Positions 18,312 to 27,968 of a stretch of 64,000 bases of DNA are shown here, in pieces. How positions within the stretch are numbered: the first letter of the stretch is position 1; each line of letters starts with the position of its first letter. The stretch is taken from contig CAMOSB010000002.1 in assembly GCA_946624415.1 (NCBI GenBank), positions 38,534-102,533 on the forward strand. Reading direction: 5' to 3'. The position numbers and the translations under genes were made by a program. The notes beneath the pieces are model-generated. The model was not told the origin of the DNA and ran no database searches. It was given only the letters and a program-made list of their open reading frames with translations. Source of the DNA: an uncultured Butyrivibrio sp. (GTDB lineage: Bacteria; Bacillota; Clostridia; Lachnospirales; Lachnospiraceae).

Positions 18312-20405
18312 TTATTTCCTGCTCTTTCTAAAGCATTCCTGGCATACGCCGTACTGGTAGGACCAGTTGAGCCTTCTGCCGCATATCTTGCAGGTCTTGG
18401 CGCTTAGTTTCTGCATATCAAGGATGGAAAAGATCTTTTCAGAAATCTGACGCTTTGTCTCAAGAATGCGCATAAGATCATCTTCATCTCCAAAAAGCCT
18501 TGTAAAGGAATATAAAAAGTCATAGACTGCGCTGCAGGTCTCAAGCCTTTGAAGCGCCTGTTTGTCCTTAAGATCCAGGTCTGATGCCTTGTACCTTTCC
18601 ATAGCTGCGTCCAGGTCTATGGGCCTTTCCCTGACAAGGCATTTGTAGAAGTAGGTGTATACATCAAAAGTCTCCCGATTATCCGGGTCTGCAGGAATCC
18701 TGATAAATGTCCTTATCAGCTCCCTGTCATCCTCTATTGATTCAAGCACCTTTGCCACCCTTATCTTTTCCTTGATGTCCCCTTTGTCATAGTAGCTCGC
18801 AGCAGGGATCTGGTTCCAGAGCTCTAAGATCGTGGAAATCTTTCCGTCCTTTTCAAGGAACTCTTCCGGAATATTTATCATAGCTTTTTTAATGGGAAGG
18901 GCATTGTAGGTAAGGAGCTTTTCAATTATGTAATAGTCATAATAAGCCCCAACGTAGCCCACATCATAAATGCCATATCTTCCCGCACGGCCTGCTATCT
19001 GCTTGACCTCAGATACTGTAAGAGGTCTTTCTTTTTCCCCGTCGAACTTAATGGTCTGAAGGAACACTACTCTTCTGATGGGCAGGTTCATTCCCATACC
19101 GATGGCATCTGTGGCTACTACAACATCTGTCACGCCATCAGCAAATTTCCCTGCTTCTCTGTGTCTTACGTCGTAGGGAAGCGCGCCATATATAATGCTG
19201 CAGTTTATTCCCGCTTCCTGAAGCTCCGCTGCAACGCTGTGAACGTCCTTCCTGGAAAAGACAATGAGAGCATCTCCTTTTTTCACATCCTTGGGGAATT
19301 CGAAATACTCTGATTCCTTATCCATCTCAAGTGGCGTCATTCTCTCATGGTAAACCACTTCCACGCTGTCTCCGCAGGATTTGATCATCTTGATGAGGAG
19401 CTTTTCCGCATCAGGGGATGCGCAGATGTGGATTGTTTTGGCAAGAAGTCCCAGGATTGCAGCTGTCCATGAACCGCCGCGCTGTCTGTCCGCAACCATC
19501 TGGGCTTCGTCAATGACCGCCATGTCCCACTCTTCTTTCAGACTCATCATCTCTATAGTCGATGACTGATGAAAAGAGCCGGGCATCAGTATCCGCTCTT
19601 CTCCTGTGATCATGGAACAGGGACACCCTTCGCTGTTCATCTTTTCATACTGCTCGTAGGCAAGGAGCCTTAGTGGTGCAAGGTAAATTCCGCTCTCCGC
19701 TTCCATCAGCTCTTTCATAGCCTGATGGGTCTTGCCGGAGTTGGTGGGACCTATGTGGAGGATAAATTTTCTTTTCATCTTCCTTGCCAGGGGAAAGAGC
19801 TTGGTATAGTCATTGGGGGTCGATGTCTGGATATTCTCATAAAGAAGTATTTTGGCTGCCATGACCTTCTTTATCCTCTCGCAGGCCTTTTCATACCTGG
19901 GGTTATGGGATATCTGCTCATAGATCACCATTTCATTTATGTTGCTCTTTACGTAGTCCACAATTTCCCTTGGGCCGTTCTTTTCTCTAAGAGCATCCAT
20001 CAAAAGCCTGACCACAAGCTTTTCATCGTACCCCATGGCGAAGTGTACTAACGGCATGTTGTCGCACTCCAGGATTACGTTGTATATGACATGCCCTATG
20101 TCAGGGATAGTGTCTTTTAACATAGTGCCTGACATCTTCTTGGGGACATAATCAATATACTTTGCAACGTTCCCTGCAAAGACCTCCTGCTTTTGAACCC
20201 TGCCATAGGCTCCACGGGTCACCATGAAGACCCTGTTATTTGCAAGCTCATCCATAAAGGCATCATAAACAGCCTTCTTAATATCGTCAGAGTGCTTCTT
20301 GTAATACTCAAAAAACTCACCTCTGGGAAAGGCCTTTGCTGCCATGAGCTTATCTCTTTTTTCTTTATTCTTCCGCGCCATGTAGCGCCTGCTTGATCGT
20401 GACAT
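18312..20405 (-). CDS. SUV3-like SF2 RNA helicase with C-terminal Zn-ribbon
   Basis: HIGPTNSGKTH, YLAPLRLLAYE, IDEAQM, RGGSWT, IYGALP, ATDAIGMGMNL, QIAGRAGR; CKIC..CQEC at the C-terminus. Confidence 0.9.
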   Translation of the reverse strand: MSRSSRRYMARKNKEKRDKLMAAKAFPRGEFFEYYKKHSDDIKKAVYDAFMDELANNRVFMVTRGAYGRVQKQEVFAGNVAKYIDYVPKKMSGTMLKDTIPDIGHVIYNVILECDNMPLVHFAMGYDEKLVVRLLMDALREKNGPREIVDYVKSNINEMVIYEQISHNPRYEKACERIKKVMAAKILLYENIQTSTPNDYTKLFPLARKMKRKFILHIGPTNSGKTHQAMKELMEAESGIYLAPLRLLAYEQYEKMNSEGCPCSMITGEERILMPGSFHQSSTIEMMSLKEEWDMAVIDEAQMVADRQRGGSWTAAILGLLAKTIHICASPDAEKLLIKMIKSCGDSVEVVYHERMTPLEMDKESEYFEFPKDVKKGDALIVFSRKDVHSVAAELQEAGINCSIIYGALPYDVRHREAGKFADGVTDVVVATDAIGMGMNLPIRRVVFLQTIKFDGEKERPLTVSEVKQIAGRAGRYGIYDVGYVGAYYDYYIIEKLLTYNALPIKKAMINIPEEFLEKDGKISTILELWNQIPAASYYDKGDIKEKIRVAKVLESIEDDRELIRTFIRIPADPDNRETFDVYTYFYKCLVRERPIDLDAAMERYKASDLDLKDKQALQRLETCSAVYDFLYSFTRLFGDEDDLMRILETKRQISEKIFSILDMQKLSAKTCKICGRRLNWSYQYGVCQECFRKSRK

Positions 20406-20447
20406 CTATTTTCCTTTCAGGCTCATGCCAAGGCTAAATACACCTGT

Positions 20448-21239
20448 CTATTTTCCATATCTTCCACTGTCAGTGGCACAGGACAATAGTCCTTGCAGCG
20501 CATCGCTAAAAATGACACCGTACTTTTTGGCTTTTGTGCAGTCCATCCAAAGGTTATGAAATGGTGCTATATCTTCTATGGTAATGTCCAGCTTTAATGC
20601 ATCTGCAAAAGCCATTGTCATCTCATACATGCTCATATTGGTTTCGCTGCCAAAATTGTAAGCGCCACCGGGAAGAGCGCAGACCTTTTCCATGTTCTTT
20701 GCAACTTCTTTGATGTAAGTCACACCTCTGTAGTTCCTTGAGCTAAAGCGCACACATCCTTTGGCATTTATCATGTTAGTGAAATAGTTTGGTCTGTTCG
20801 TATCATAATCATACATCCATTCAGCCCTTAAAAGAACTGCATCCGGTGCTATATCAAGAACTCTTTGTTCCATCTCCAGTTTGTGCTTTGCATAGGTGTT
20901 GGCAGGTTTAGCGAACTCTTCCGTATAAGGACCTTCGCTTTCCATCCCCGTATAAACCTGGTCAGAGCTAAAGCAGATCAGCTTTCTTCCCTTTGATGCC
21001 TTGGCGAGAAATACCGGCAGCTGAACGTTAGCAATATAGGACGCCTCCGGATCTGCCTCGCAGGTTCCGATATCTGAAATTGCCGCCGTATGTATTATAA
21101 TGTCAGCGCCGCTCTCTTCAACGACGCGCCTGACTTCTTCCTCGCTTGCATTCCTAAGGGAAGGCGCTGCCACAGTACCTTCGCATATCTCCATTATCTT
21201 TTTTCCAACAAATCCATTTGCCCCTGTTACAAGTTTCAT
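20448..21239 (-). CDS. RmlD-like sugar-nucleotide reductase (SDR)
   Basis: VTGANGFVG, HTAA, SSDQVY, YAKHK. Confidence 0.85.
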   Translation of the reverse strand: MKLVTGANGFVGKKIMEICEGTVAAPSLRNASEEEVRRVVEESGADIIIHTAAISDIGTCEADPEASYIANVQLPVFLAKASKGRKLICFSSDQVYTGMESEGPYTEEFAKPANTYAKHKLEMEQRVLDIAPDAVLLRAEWMYDYDTNRPNYFTNMINAKGCVRFSSRNYRGVTYIKEVAKNMEKVCALPGGAYNFGSETNMSMYEMTMAFADALKLDITIEDIAPFHNLWMDCTKAKKYGVIFSDALQGLLSCATDSGRYGK

Positions 21240-21345
21240 CGTGATATCTCCTTTATATGGTATTATCTCTTATCTTTGTCAGGATTGCATCTCCAATAGC
21301 TCTTTTCCCAAAAGAACAAAAAGTCAAAAAAAGTAACTCTTTCCA

Positions 21346-22139
21346 GACTGTAGACAAAGTCATTATCAATACCCGCTGTAGTGATTATAGTCACCCTCAG
21401 ATACTTATCAATGGACTTTCGCGGCATAAATCCTCGCGCCCTCATAGGAATGATTCTATTAGTTTCCTAAATCAATTCCGGGCGCTTCGGTTTATTCCAC
21501 GGTTCCATTGACAACTATCTGAGAGTGGCTTTCTGGTCTGTAAGCGGGTATTGATAAGGAGGTAACGCTCTGTGATGAGACTATATTATCGGGGAAGCGT
21601 TTTAATTGAATATCTTCATGCCTTTTGCCAAAAAAGAGACCAAGGGCATGCTGGATTGCTGATTACCTTCATACCTTTTGCCCAAAAAAGGGCCTTAGGA
21701 CATGCTGGATTGCTGATCACCTTCATACCCTTTGCCCAAAAAAGAGCCTTAGGGCATGCTGGATTGCTGATTACCTTCATACCTTTTGCCCAAAAAAGGG
21801 CCTTAGGGCATGCTGGATTGCTAATTACCTTCATACCTTTTGCCAAAAAAGGGCCTTAGGGCATGCTGGATTGCTGATTACCTTCATACCTTTTGCCAAA
21901 AAAGGGCCTTAGGGCATACCGAACAACCTAATACCTACTTATCAACTCCCCGCTTACAGATCCATTAGCGCAAAAAAGTTCTGCGCCAAGGGACAGTACG
22001 CTGGGCGCTGTCTTCTTAAGCGCCAGGGCAGCCCTTGGATCAGAACTTGTTTGTGCTACAATTAGGCTTATGCGGGGTTAAATGATTGCTTCTTGATCAG
22101 CAAATCCTAACCATCGTCTAAGCCACTTTGTCTACAGTC
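21346..22139. mobile_element. non-autonomous MITE-like composite element with perfect 15-bp terminal inverted repeats
   Basis: GACTGTAGACAAAGT (21346-21360) / ACTTTGTCTACAGTC (22125-22139); internal long hairpins; no transposase. Confidence 0.75.
21614..21917. repeat. 53-54 bp tandem repeat, about 5.7 copies
   Basis: Unit CTTCATACCTTTTGCC(C)AAAAAAGGGCCTTAGGGCATGCTGGATTGCTGATTAC, few mismatches. Confidence 0.95.
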
Positions 22140-22153
22140 AGAATACTTTTCCC

Positions 22154-22189
22154 AAATAAAAAGAGCCCTAACCATTTAAGTTAGGACTC
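22154..22189 (-). terminator. terminator after the secreted-protein gene
   Basis: GAGCCCTAAC..GTTAGGACTC stem with a U-rich tail on the minus strand. Confidence 0.6.
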
Positions 22190-22210
22190 CGCGTGATGGG
22201 TTATACCCTT

Positions 22211-22720
22211 TTATTTTGCTTTCCTTCCTTCAGCCTTTCCATATTCATTGAAATGCTTAAGCAACTTATCTCCATCTGCACCAAAGGCAGTCTGAAGGTC
22301 TTTGTTGTTTATGTAGTAGGTGTATGCGTTAAACTCACTGGTATTGCCTTTGTAAGTCTTTAACGCTTCAACTGCTGCATCTACAGTAGCTTTAGTGTTT
22401 ACTTTGGAAGCCGTAGCAGCAGGTGCTGCTGCCGGAGCTGCTGTGGCTGCTGTAGTAGTACTGGTTGCATCCAAAGTTCCGGGTTTGCATTTTGAACAAG
22501 GTCTATAGCCTCTTTCAACTGCGCTTTTAAGTGTCGTCTCGATCTTGCTTCTTCTAAGGCTGCTACATCCTGATGAATGATAGCACTCACCAGTCTTAGT
22601 AATGTAAACCACTGTATCTCCGCTTGCTGCATTAACAACTGTTGCAGGAGCAAAAACTCCCAGTAACAAAGCAGAGATGATGGACAAAACCGCAACCCTC
22701 AAATTGGCTTTAGAATTCAT
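22211..22720 (-). CDS. secreted protein with Ada-like/ComEC-tail Zn-binding module and C-terminal surface module
   Basis: Signal peptide; VYITKTGECYH..GC..L..RGYRPCSKC; Ala/Thr linker; YYINNKDLQTAFG..LLKHFNEYGKAEGR. Confidence 0.75.
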   Translation of the reverse strand: MNSKANLRVAVLSIISALLLGVFAPATVVNAASGDTVVYITKTGECYHSSGCSSLRRSKIETTLKSAVERGYRPCSKCKPGTLDATSTTTAATAAPAAAPAATASKVNTKATVDAAVEALKTYKGNTSEFNAYTYYINNKDLQTAFGADGDKLLKHFNEYGKAEGRKAK

Positions 22721-22773
22721 TTTCTTCCTCCCCAAGTTTGATTCTTGTATATTATAATGTGGATATTAATAGT

Positions 22774-23385
22774 TCACTTCTTCGGTGTATCATTATCAAC
22801 ATAATACGATATTGTCAGGCCGTCAATCCCATTATTCATCTTTCTCCAAAAAACTGCCAAAGTCTCGTAAGCTAGCTTAGCTTCGGCGTAGTGGTGCTTA
22901 CAGATCTCGATGATCTTTCCTGCATCATTACCTGTGCCTGCTTGGGTGATGCCAAGGTATTTATCAACATCCAGGAAGCAGAACTTAAACTGAGAATAAT
23001 ACTGCCAGATCATTTTGTATAAGATTTTTCTGTATTCTTCGCCGCTTGCCTTGGGACACACTTTCTCATAAAAAGCACTGTTAGTTCTTTCTTCCGGTAT
23101 TGTAACCGAATTCGTATCTGACATGTACTCAATGGCGGTTTTCACCTCATCCAAAGCGTTCTTGCTCTGAGCAACCTGAAGACATGTCCACTCTGAATCT
23201 TCTCCCGCTCTTGCAAAAAGAGCCCAGACTCTGGACGGCGCCATAATGCTATCCATTTTGATGTTCGGCCTATCACTTTTAGAAAAAGCTTTCTCTGAAT
23301 CCTTAACAAAGAAACCCTTGAGTTCTTCATACTTCTTCTTTTTGGCGTCATCTCTTTTATATGCTGCCTTAAGCGTATATTCCAT
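22774..23385 (-). CDS. hypothetical protein (possibly GIY-YIG-like fold)
   Basis: 203-aa ORF with GGGGAG RBS; RVWALF..WTCLQVAQSKN pattern. Confidence 0.65.
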   Translation of the reverse strand: MEYTLKAAYKRDDAKKKKYEELKGFFVKDSEKAFSKSDRPNIKMDSIMAPSRVWALFARAGEDSEWTCLQVAQSKNALDEVKTAIEYMSDTNSVTIPEERTNSAFYEKVCPKASGEEYRKILYKMIWQYYSQFKFCFLDVDKYLGITQAGTGNDAGKIIEICKHHYAEAKLAYETLAVFWRKMNNGIDGLTISYYVDNDTPKK

Positions 23386-23450
23386 CTTGGTTTTCTCCCC
23401 TTGAAAACTTAATCAGATCCATTCGCCCCACCTCACTATGGTCTATGAAC

Positions 23451-24188
23451 CTACCGTGGATTGCCAGTGGTTATGCGACCTTCATCTTCCTGGTCATACT
23501 CCACCCAAATACCATCAGAAAAGTTGAAGCTGTAGATGGTGAAATTATCCAGAGTCATATCATCAGTAAAAATATATGCAAACTTGTCTTTCTTCAGATA
23601 ATCCCTGTATTTGAAGAGGTTCGCGCCATTTTCCACATCCGGATATGATAAAAGAACATAGATGATCCTGCTCTTCTCCTCATCAAGAAGCGCATACTCA
23701 TAGATACTGTCGAACCCATCTGACGCCACATAGGCCGGATAGTTGTACGAATCAGTGTCATATCTGACCTCTTCCACATGATAGTCGCTGTCATCAAAAG
23801 CCGTTTCATAGACAGTGCATTTCACCTGTGAGAGGCGCTCTTTTTCCCTGTTATAATCATCCTCTGTATAGGTGGCTACAAGAAAGATACTTCCGTCAGT
23901 ATCCAGCAATCCTGTCTTAAGTGAAGACACATAAGTGACATCAAGCGCTCTGCCTGGGTCATCAGGGAAAAGAAATAATCCGCTATCAAGGTCGGAACCA
24001 TATTCATCAAGAATCGCCGCTTTGTCATAGTTCTCAATCCCCGTATGATTCACAAATGGCTTTACAGCATCAAAGTACAACATCCCGGCTACAAGCAGCA
24101 AGGGAAGACCCCCACTCATGGTAAGGGTCACTAAAACCATCCCTATTATTCCCAATACTTTAACAATACTTTTTTTCTTTGTGTCCAT
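23451..24188 (-). CDS. membrane-anchored hypothetical protein
   Basis: N-terminal hydrophobic segment, acidic Tyr-rich ectodomain. Confidence 0.75.
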   Translation of the reverse strand: MDTKKKSIVKVLGIIGMVLVTLTMSGGLPLLLVAGMLYFDAVKPFVNHTGIENYDKAAILDEYGSDLDSGLFLFPDDPGRALDVTYVSSLKTGLLDTDGSIFLVATYTEDDYNREKERLSQVKCTVYETAFDDSDYHVEEVRYDTDSYNYPAYVASDGFDSIYEYALLDEEKSRIIYVLLSYPDVENGANLFKYRDYLKKDKFAYIFTDDMTLDNFTIYSFNFSDGIWVEYDQEDEGRITTGNPR

Positions 24189-24193
24189 CAGCT

Positions 24194-24391
24194 TTATGAT
24201 TTCGTTCTGTCCACATCGATCAGATCTACATGTCCGCCATCATTCTTCCCGATCGATATCTTGTTTCTGTTGGTGGCCAGGAAAAGAATTATTGCCAACG
24301 CGTCATCAATTGGCCCCGGAGCAAAATCCATCGGCGAAACAACATAAACGATCAGCAGTGTAAACAAAACCCCTTTTACAAAATTACTCAT
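24194..24391 (-). CDS. DUF1232 (YkvA-like) small membrane protein
   Basis: YVVSPMDFAPGPIDD motif; AAGGAGG RBS. Confidence 0.85.
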   Translation of the reverse strand: MSNFVKGVLFTLLIVYVVSPMDFAPGPIDDALAIILFLATNRNKISIGKNDGGHVDLIDVDRTKS

Positions 24392-24554
24392 AATATTTCC
24401 CTCCTTATAGTGTGGTCTGTGCTATCTTAATTTCAGTATAGGACCGCCTGCCCGGACAATATATGCCGGGGTCTGTGAAGGGTGCGGTGGTATTTCGCTA
24501 ATTTGGAGAAAAAAACATCAATTATCACCGGCTAAAATTATAACCCATATCGGA

Positions 24555-25460
24555 TCACTTCAGGTACTTGTTCAGGGAAAAGAGATTTCGTGTCATGTCG
24601 TTGTATCCCAGCCAGTAAAGGTCTCCTAGCTTATCCATATTGCCCTCGACACGGCCCACAGTGACAGGCTCTGAGGGAGCTATAACGAAGATCCTTCCCT
24701 GCTTTTCCAGCTCATCCACTTCATCACATTCTCTGTTGTACCTTGCATCGCTCTCATCAAGTGCCAGGGCGAACTCAGGATTATTTCTGTAAAAGAGACG
24801 GGCAGTATTTTTGACCTCGTCGTCCTTGCGAAAACCTCTTTCTCTGGTTTTTACTACCACTATGTTCTCATAGCCGGATTCGATTGCCCACTTGTAGGGA
24901 ATCTTGCAACAGCACCCTCCGTCCAGGCAAGGTGTGCCCTCCACGTCTACCATCTGGGAGACATAGGGCATGGATGCCGAAGCTTTGACTGCTTCAAATA
25001 TGTCTTTGCAATGGCCTTTCTGGATATAGCGGGCTTTTCCGGTATTGCAGTCGCTTACTACCGCCACGAATTTTCTGGCAGGGTTGTAAAAGGCTGTCTC
25101 ATCGAAAGGTTCCAGTTTCTCATTTTTTCTTATGGCAAAGTCCAGGTTCAGAGGGCTATGGGCATGGATCATTGCCATGGCACCCACGTAGTCCTGGTCA
25201 TGTCTGAACTCTAAGTTGATCCTGGCAGATCTGCCTATCTGTCCTGAAACATAGTTCATACCGCCCATTGCACCTGCACTTACGCCGATGGTACACTCGA
25301 AGTTAAGGTTGTTCTTCATAAGGGCATCCATGACGCCCTGACTGTAAAGCCCTCTAAAGGCGCCTCCTTCCAGGACAAGGCAGCCTTTGGTTATGGCTGG
25401 TCCGGCCTTTCCTGATGGGATTTCGTCCAGTCTGTCGTATTTCTTAGTCTCAAGTAACAT
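24555..25460 (-). CDS. patatin family phospholipase
   Basis: LEGGAFRG, GVSAG, DGG. Confidence 0.92.
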   Translation of the reverse strand: MLLETKKYDRLDEIPSGKAGPAITKGCLVLEGGAFRGLYSQGVMDALMKNNLNFECTIGVSAGAMGGMNYVSGQIGRSARINLEFRHDQDYVGAMAMIHAHSPLNLDFAIRKNEKLEPFDETAFYNPARKFVAVVSDCNTGKARYIQKGHCKDIFEAVKASASMPYVSQMVDVEGTPCLDGGCCCKIPYKWAIESGYENIVVVKTRERGFRKDDEVKNTARLFYRNNPEFALALDESDARYNRECDEVDELEKQGRIFVIAPSEPVTVGRVEGNMDKLGDLYWLGYNDMTRNLFSLNKYLK

Positions 25461-25534
25461 TATATTTTCCTTTACATTTTCTTATGTCTTAAAAAAGACC
25501 GCCTCTTTTTGGAAGCGGCCTGGTAAAACCTGAT

Positions 25535-25861
25535 TTAGTTATATACTTCTTTTTTTCCGGTGTATTTGTTGATGCCTCCGATATTCTTGACGTTGGTGTA
25601 GCCCATGGTTTGCAGGGAGTTGGTGGCATTCCAGGATTTGGCACCGCTTAAGCAGTAGACGAAGATAGGTGTGTCTTTGTGCAAAACCAGAGAATCGATT
25701 TTCTCTATCTCAGTTTCAGGAATATTGATGCTGCCCGGGATATGCCCTGCTGCATACTCTTCCGGCTTTCTAACGTCCACCAGGACTGCTCCATCCATCT
25801 TCCTGAATCTCTTTATTGCCTTATTGATATCATCTTTAAATAATCTGTCAAATACTCCCAT
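25535..25861 (-). CDS. rhodanese-like domain protein
   Basis: LVDVR.PEEY..GHIPGSINIP, YCLSG. Confidence 0.9.
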   Translation of the reverse strand: MGVFDRLFKDDINKAIKRFRKMDGAVLVDVRKPEEYAAGHIPGSINIPETEIEKIDSLVLHKDTPIFVYCLSGAKSWNATNSLQTMGYTNVKNIGGINKYTGKKEVYN

Positions 25862-25870
25862 GATGTCACC

Positions 25871-26110
25871 TCAAAATTCCTCGTCGCTCTCTTCGTCGTC
25901 ATCCCAGTCATCGGAATGTCTTCTGTTTGATATGGAGGCTTTTATCTTAGCTTTGACTTTTTTCTTGGCTTTTTTCTTAAGGATCTTTAAAACGATCAGA
26001 AACAGGATAACTCCAAGTATGCCCAGGATAGTTGGAAGGTTTTTCATCAAAAGCTTCAGAGCTGCTTCACGTTTCTTTTTCTTGATATACTTGTCGATCT
26101 GATCTTTCAT
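25871..26110 (-). CDS. small basic single-TM protein
   Basis: AAGGAG RBS; one TM helix; co-oriented with rhodanese. Confidence 0.65.
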   Translation of the reverse strand: MKDQIDKYIKKKKREAALKLLMKNLPTILGILGVILFLIVLKILKKKAKKKVKAKIKASISNRRHSDDWDDDEESDEEF

Positions 26111-26205
26111 AGACTCTCCTTCGGGTGCTTACGCGTATATTCAAAACAAAAGCTCTATATATTATTTTACTCACTTTATGAAAAAGAGGCAATTGGTGTT
26201 TGTTT

Positions 26206-26985
26206 TTACGCTTTCTTACCCTCAAGCTCGGAGAAGGTTATCGTGAACTCACAAAGGTCATCAAGTCGCAGCAGGATTCCGCCCTTGTACATGGCGTCGT
26301 CGTCATTGTGGCGACCACACCCTCCGTCTATGACAATGATATTCTCAGTCCTGTACGATGAAAGAGGCCGTGGAAAATGGGCTTCATCAGCATATATCGT
26401 AGGTACATGCCCGATAATAAAAGTCCAGGGTTCATAGGCGCTGTACTCCTTGGTATCTATGTAAAGATCCGGGCGAAAGGGCGTCGGCCAGACGATATTC
26501 CAGACCGTGCTGTAGTCCATATCCTTATAGGGCACATCGATCATATCTTCCCGGAAGAACGAATGGGTCAGGAGAAAGCACTTTTGCCCGACCTCGATTC
26601 TGGTGGACAGGGAGCGGGAAAATAGCCACTCCAGAAGTTCCCTGCGGCCGGCTTTCTTAAGGCGCCTGAATTTATTAAAGGTCTTATCGCCACCATTTCC
26701 AAGGGTCCATAGCCTGGCATCCCTGCCGGGAAGCTGCGAACAAAGCAGTGGTGCACTGCCCTCAGGATCCACCGAATTGAGCATCATAAATTCATGATTG
26801 CCCAGCAAAAACTCCATATTGGGAGCCTCCATGACATGCTGCAGGATCTTGACACCATCCGGTCCGCGGTCGATGGCATCCCCAAGCATGTACAGTTTGT
26901 CCGCATCCGAAAAAGCCGCTTTCTCAAGCAGCTTCTTAAACATCTTGTATTGTCCATGCAGATCCGAAACAACGTAGGTTGCCAT
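26206..26985 (-). CDS. calcineurin-like metallophosphoesterase (PrpA/B-type)
   Basis: SDLHG, LGDAIDRG, LGNHE, IGHVP, IDGGC. Confidence 0.9.
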   Translation of the reverse strand: MATYVVSDLHGQYKMFKKLLEKAAFSDADKLYMLGDAIDRGPDGVKILQHVMEAPNMEFLLGNHEFMMLNSVDPEGSAPLLCSQLPGRDARLWTLGNGGDKTFNKFRRLKKAGRRELLEWLFSRSLSTRIEVGQKCFLLTHSFFREDMIDVPYKDMDYSTVWNIVWPTPFRPDLYIDTKEYSAYEPWTFIIGHVPTIYADEAHFPRPLSSYRTENIIVIDGGCGRHNDDDAMYKGGILLRLDDLCEFTITFSELEGKKA

Positions 26986-27001
26986 GTTAACCCCTTTTAT
27001 C

Positions 27002-27202
27002 TTAGTTTATTGACGCCAGAATCTCAGCGGCGCGCTCGCTCCCATGCTTGGCAGCGTAGGAGGCCCACTTCTTGGCCTTGGTCAGGTTTGGGGTACTCTC
27101 GAAAGAACCCTTGAAGTAGCCGTCAGCGATGGCTTCTGCCGCTTCTATGCTGCCTCTTCCGGCCTTATCTATAAGATCTAAAAGTTGCTGTTTATTATCC
27201 AT
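27002..27202 (-). CDS. small Sel1-like repeat protein
   Basis: AAEAIADGYFKG...NLTKAKKWASYAAKHG resembles one SLR repeat. Confidence 0.65.
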   Translation of the reverse strand: MDNKQQLLDLIDKAGRGSIEAAEAIADGYFKGSFESTPNLTKAKKWASYAAKHGSERAAEILASIN

Positions 27203-27214
27203 TCTAATATTTCC

Positions 27215-27790
27215 TCACTGATCTGATTTCTGCATCCACTCTATGTTACCCCGGAACATATTCCCTGGAAGGATTTCTCTATAGGTTGACTGATACAGTT
27301 CCCATATCTCTTCAGAACTTTCTGCCTCAAGCCTCCCAAGATTCAGCACAATATAGGGTACTCCGAAGGTCCGAACCCTTACTCCCGTATCCAGGCATCT
27401 GTTCCTTAGGTAAAAGAAAAGTCTCCTCTCCTGAAGGCTTCTCTGAGCTTCATCTTCTGCGTATTCCGGGTCTTCAACTTCGACTATGATGTTGTCAGCA
27501 TCCTTAAGGTGTTCCCTGATAAGACCTATCATGATTCCTCCGGCGCCCTTATTTCTCCTCTCCGGAAAAACAGCCAGGTAGTCCACAAGAAAGTCCCGCC
27601 CAAGCTTCACCAAAAAGACATAGCCTATGATCGCTCCATCCTCACAGAGCCCAAGGGTCTCATATCTGCCTTCATCCAGAGCTTTCAAAATGATGGGCAG
27701 AGGCTTTAACTCATTAGGTGGAAAATCCTCCACAAGCCTTTCCTTATATAGTTCTTCAACCTGAGGTTTGGTCAGTGTTTCCAGTTTCAT
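27215..27790 (-). CDS. GNAT family acetyltransferase
   Basis: DYLAVFPERRNKGAGG acetyl-CoA motif. Confidence 0.85.
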   Translation of the reverse strand: MKLETLTKPQVEELYKERLVEDFPPNELKPLPIILKALDEGRYETLGLCEDGAIIGYVFLVKLGRDFLVDYLAVFPERRNKGAGGIMIGLIREHLKDADNIIVEVEDPEYAEDEAQRSLQERRLFFYLRNRCLDTGVRVRTFGVPYIVLNLGRLEAESSEEIWELYQSTYREILPGNMFRGNIEWMQKSDQ

Positions 27791-27968
27791 GAACTACTCC
27801 TGCGAATTGGTGGCATATGAGCACCTGATTTCATTTCCCAGCTCACCCTATTTTACCAAAAAACCACGGTAATGGTGATATTTATAAAATCCTCGTAGTT
27901 GTCTATGGAAATGTGATGTTTGCATACGTCAAACAGCAAGGTGAATTCAAGCATCTCTGTTTGCCTGA

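Noticed and set aside
21614-21917. CRISPR array or repeat-protein ORFs (21572..21912, both strands)
   Set aside because: Units are contiguous and near-identical with no unique spacers; 53/54-bp variation shifts frames; no RBS.
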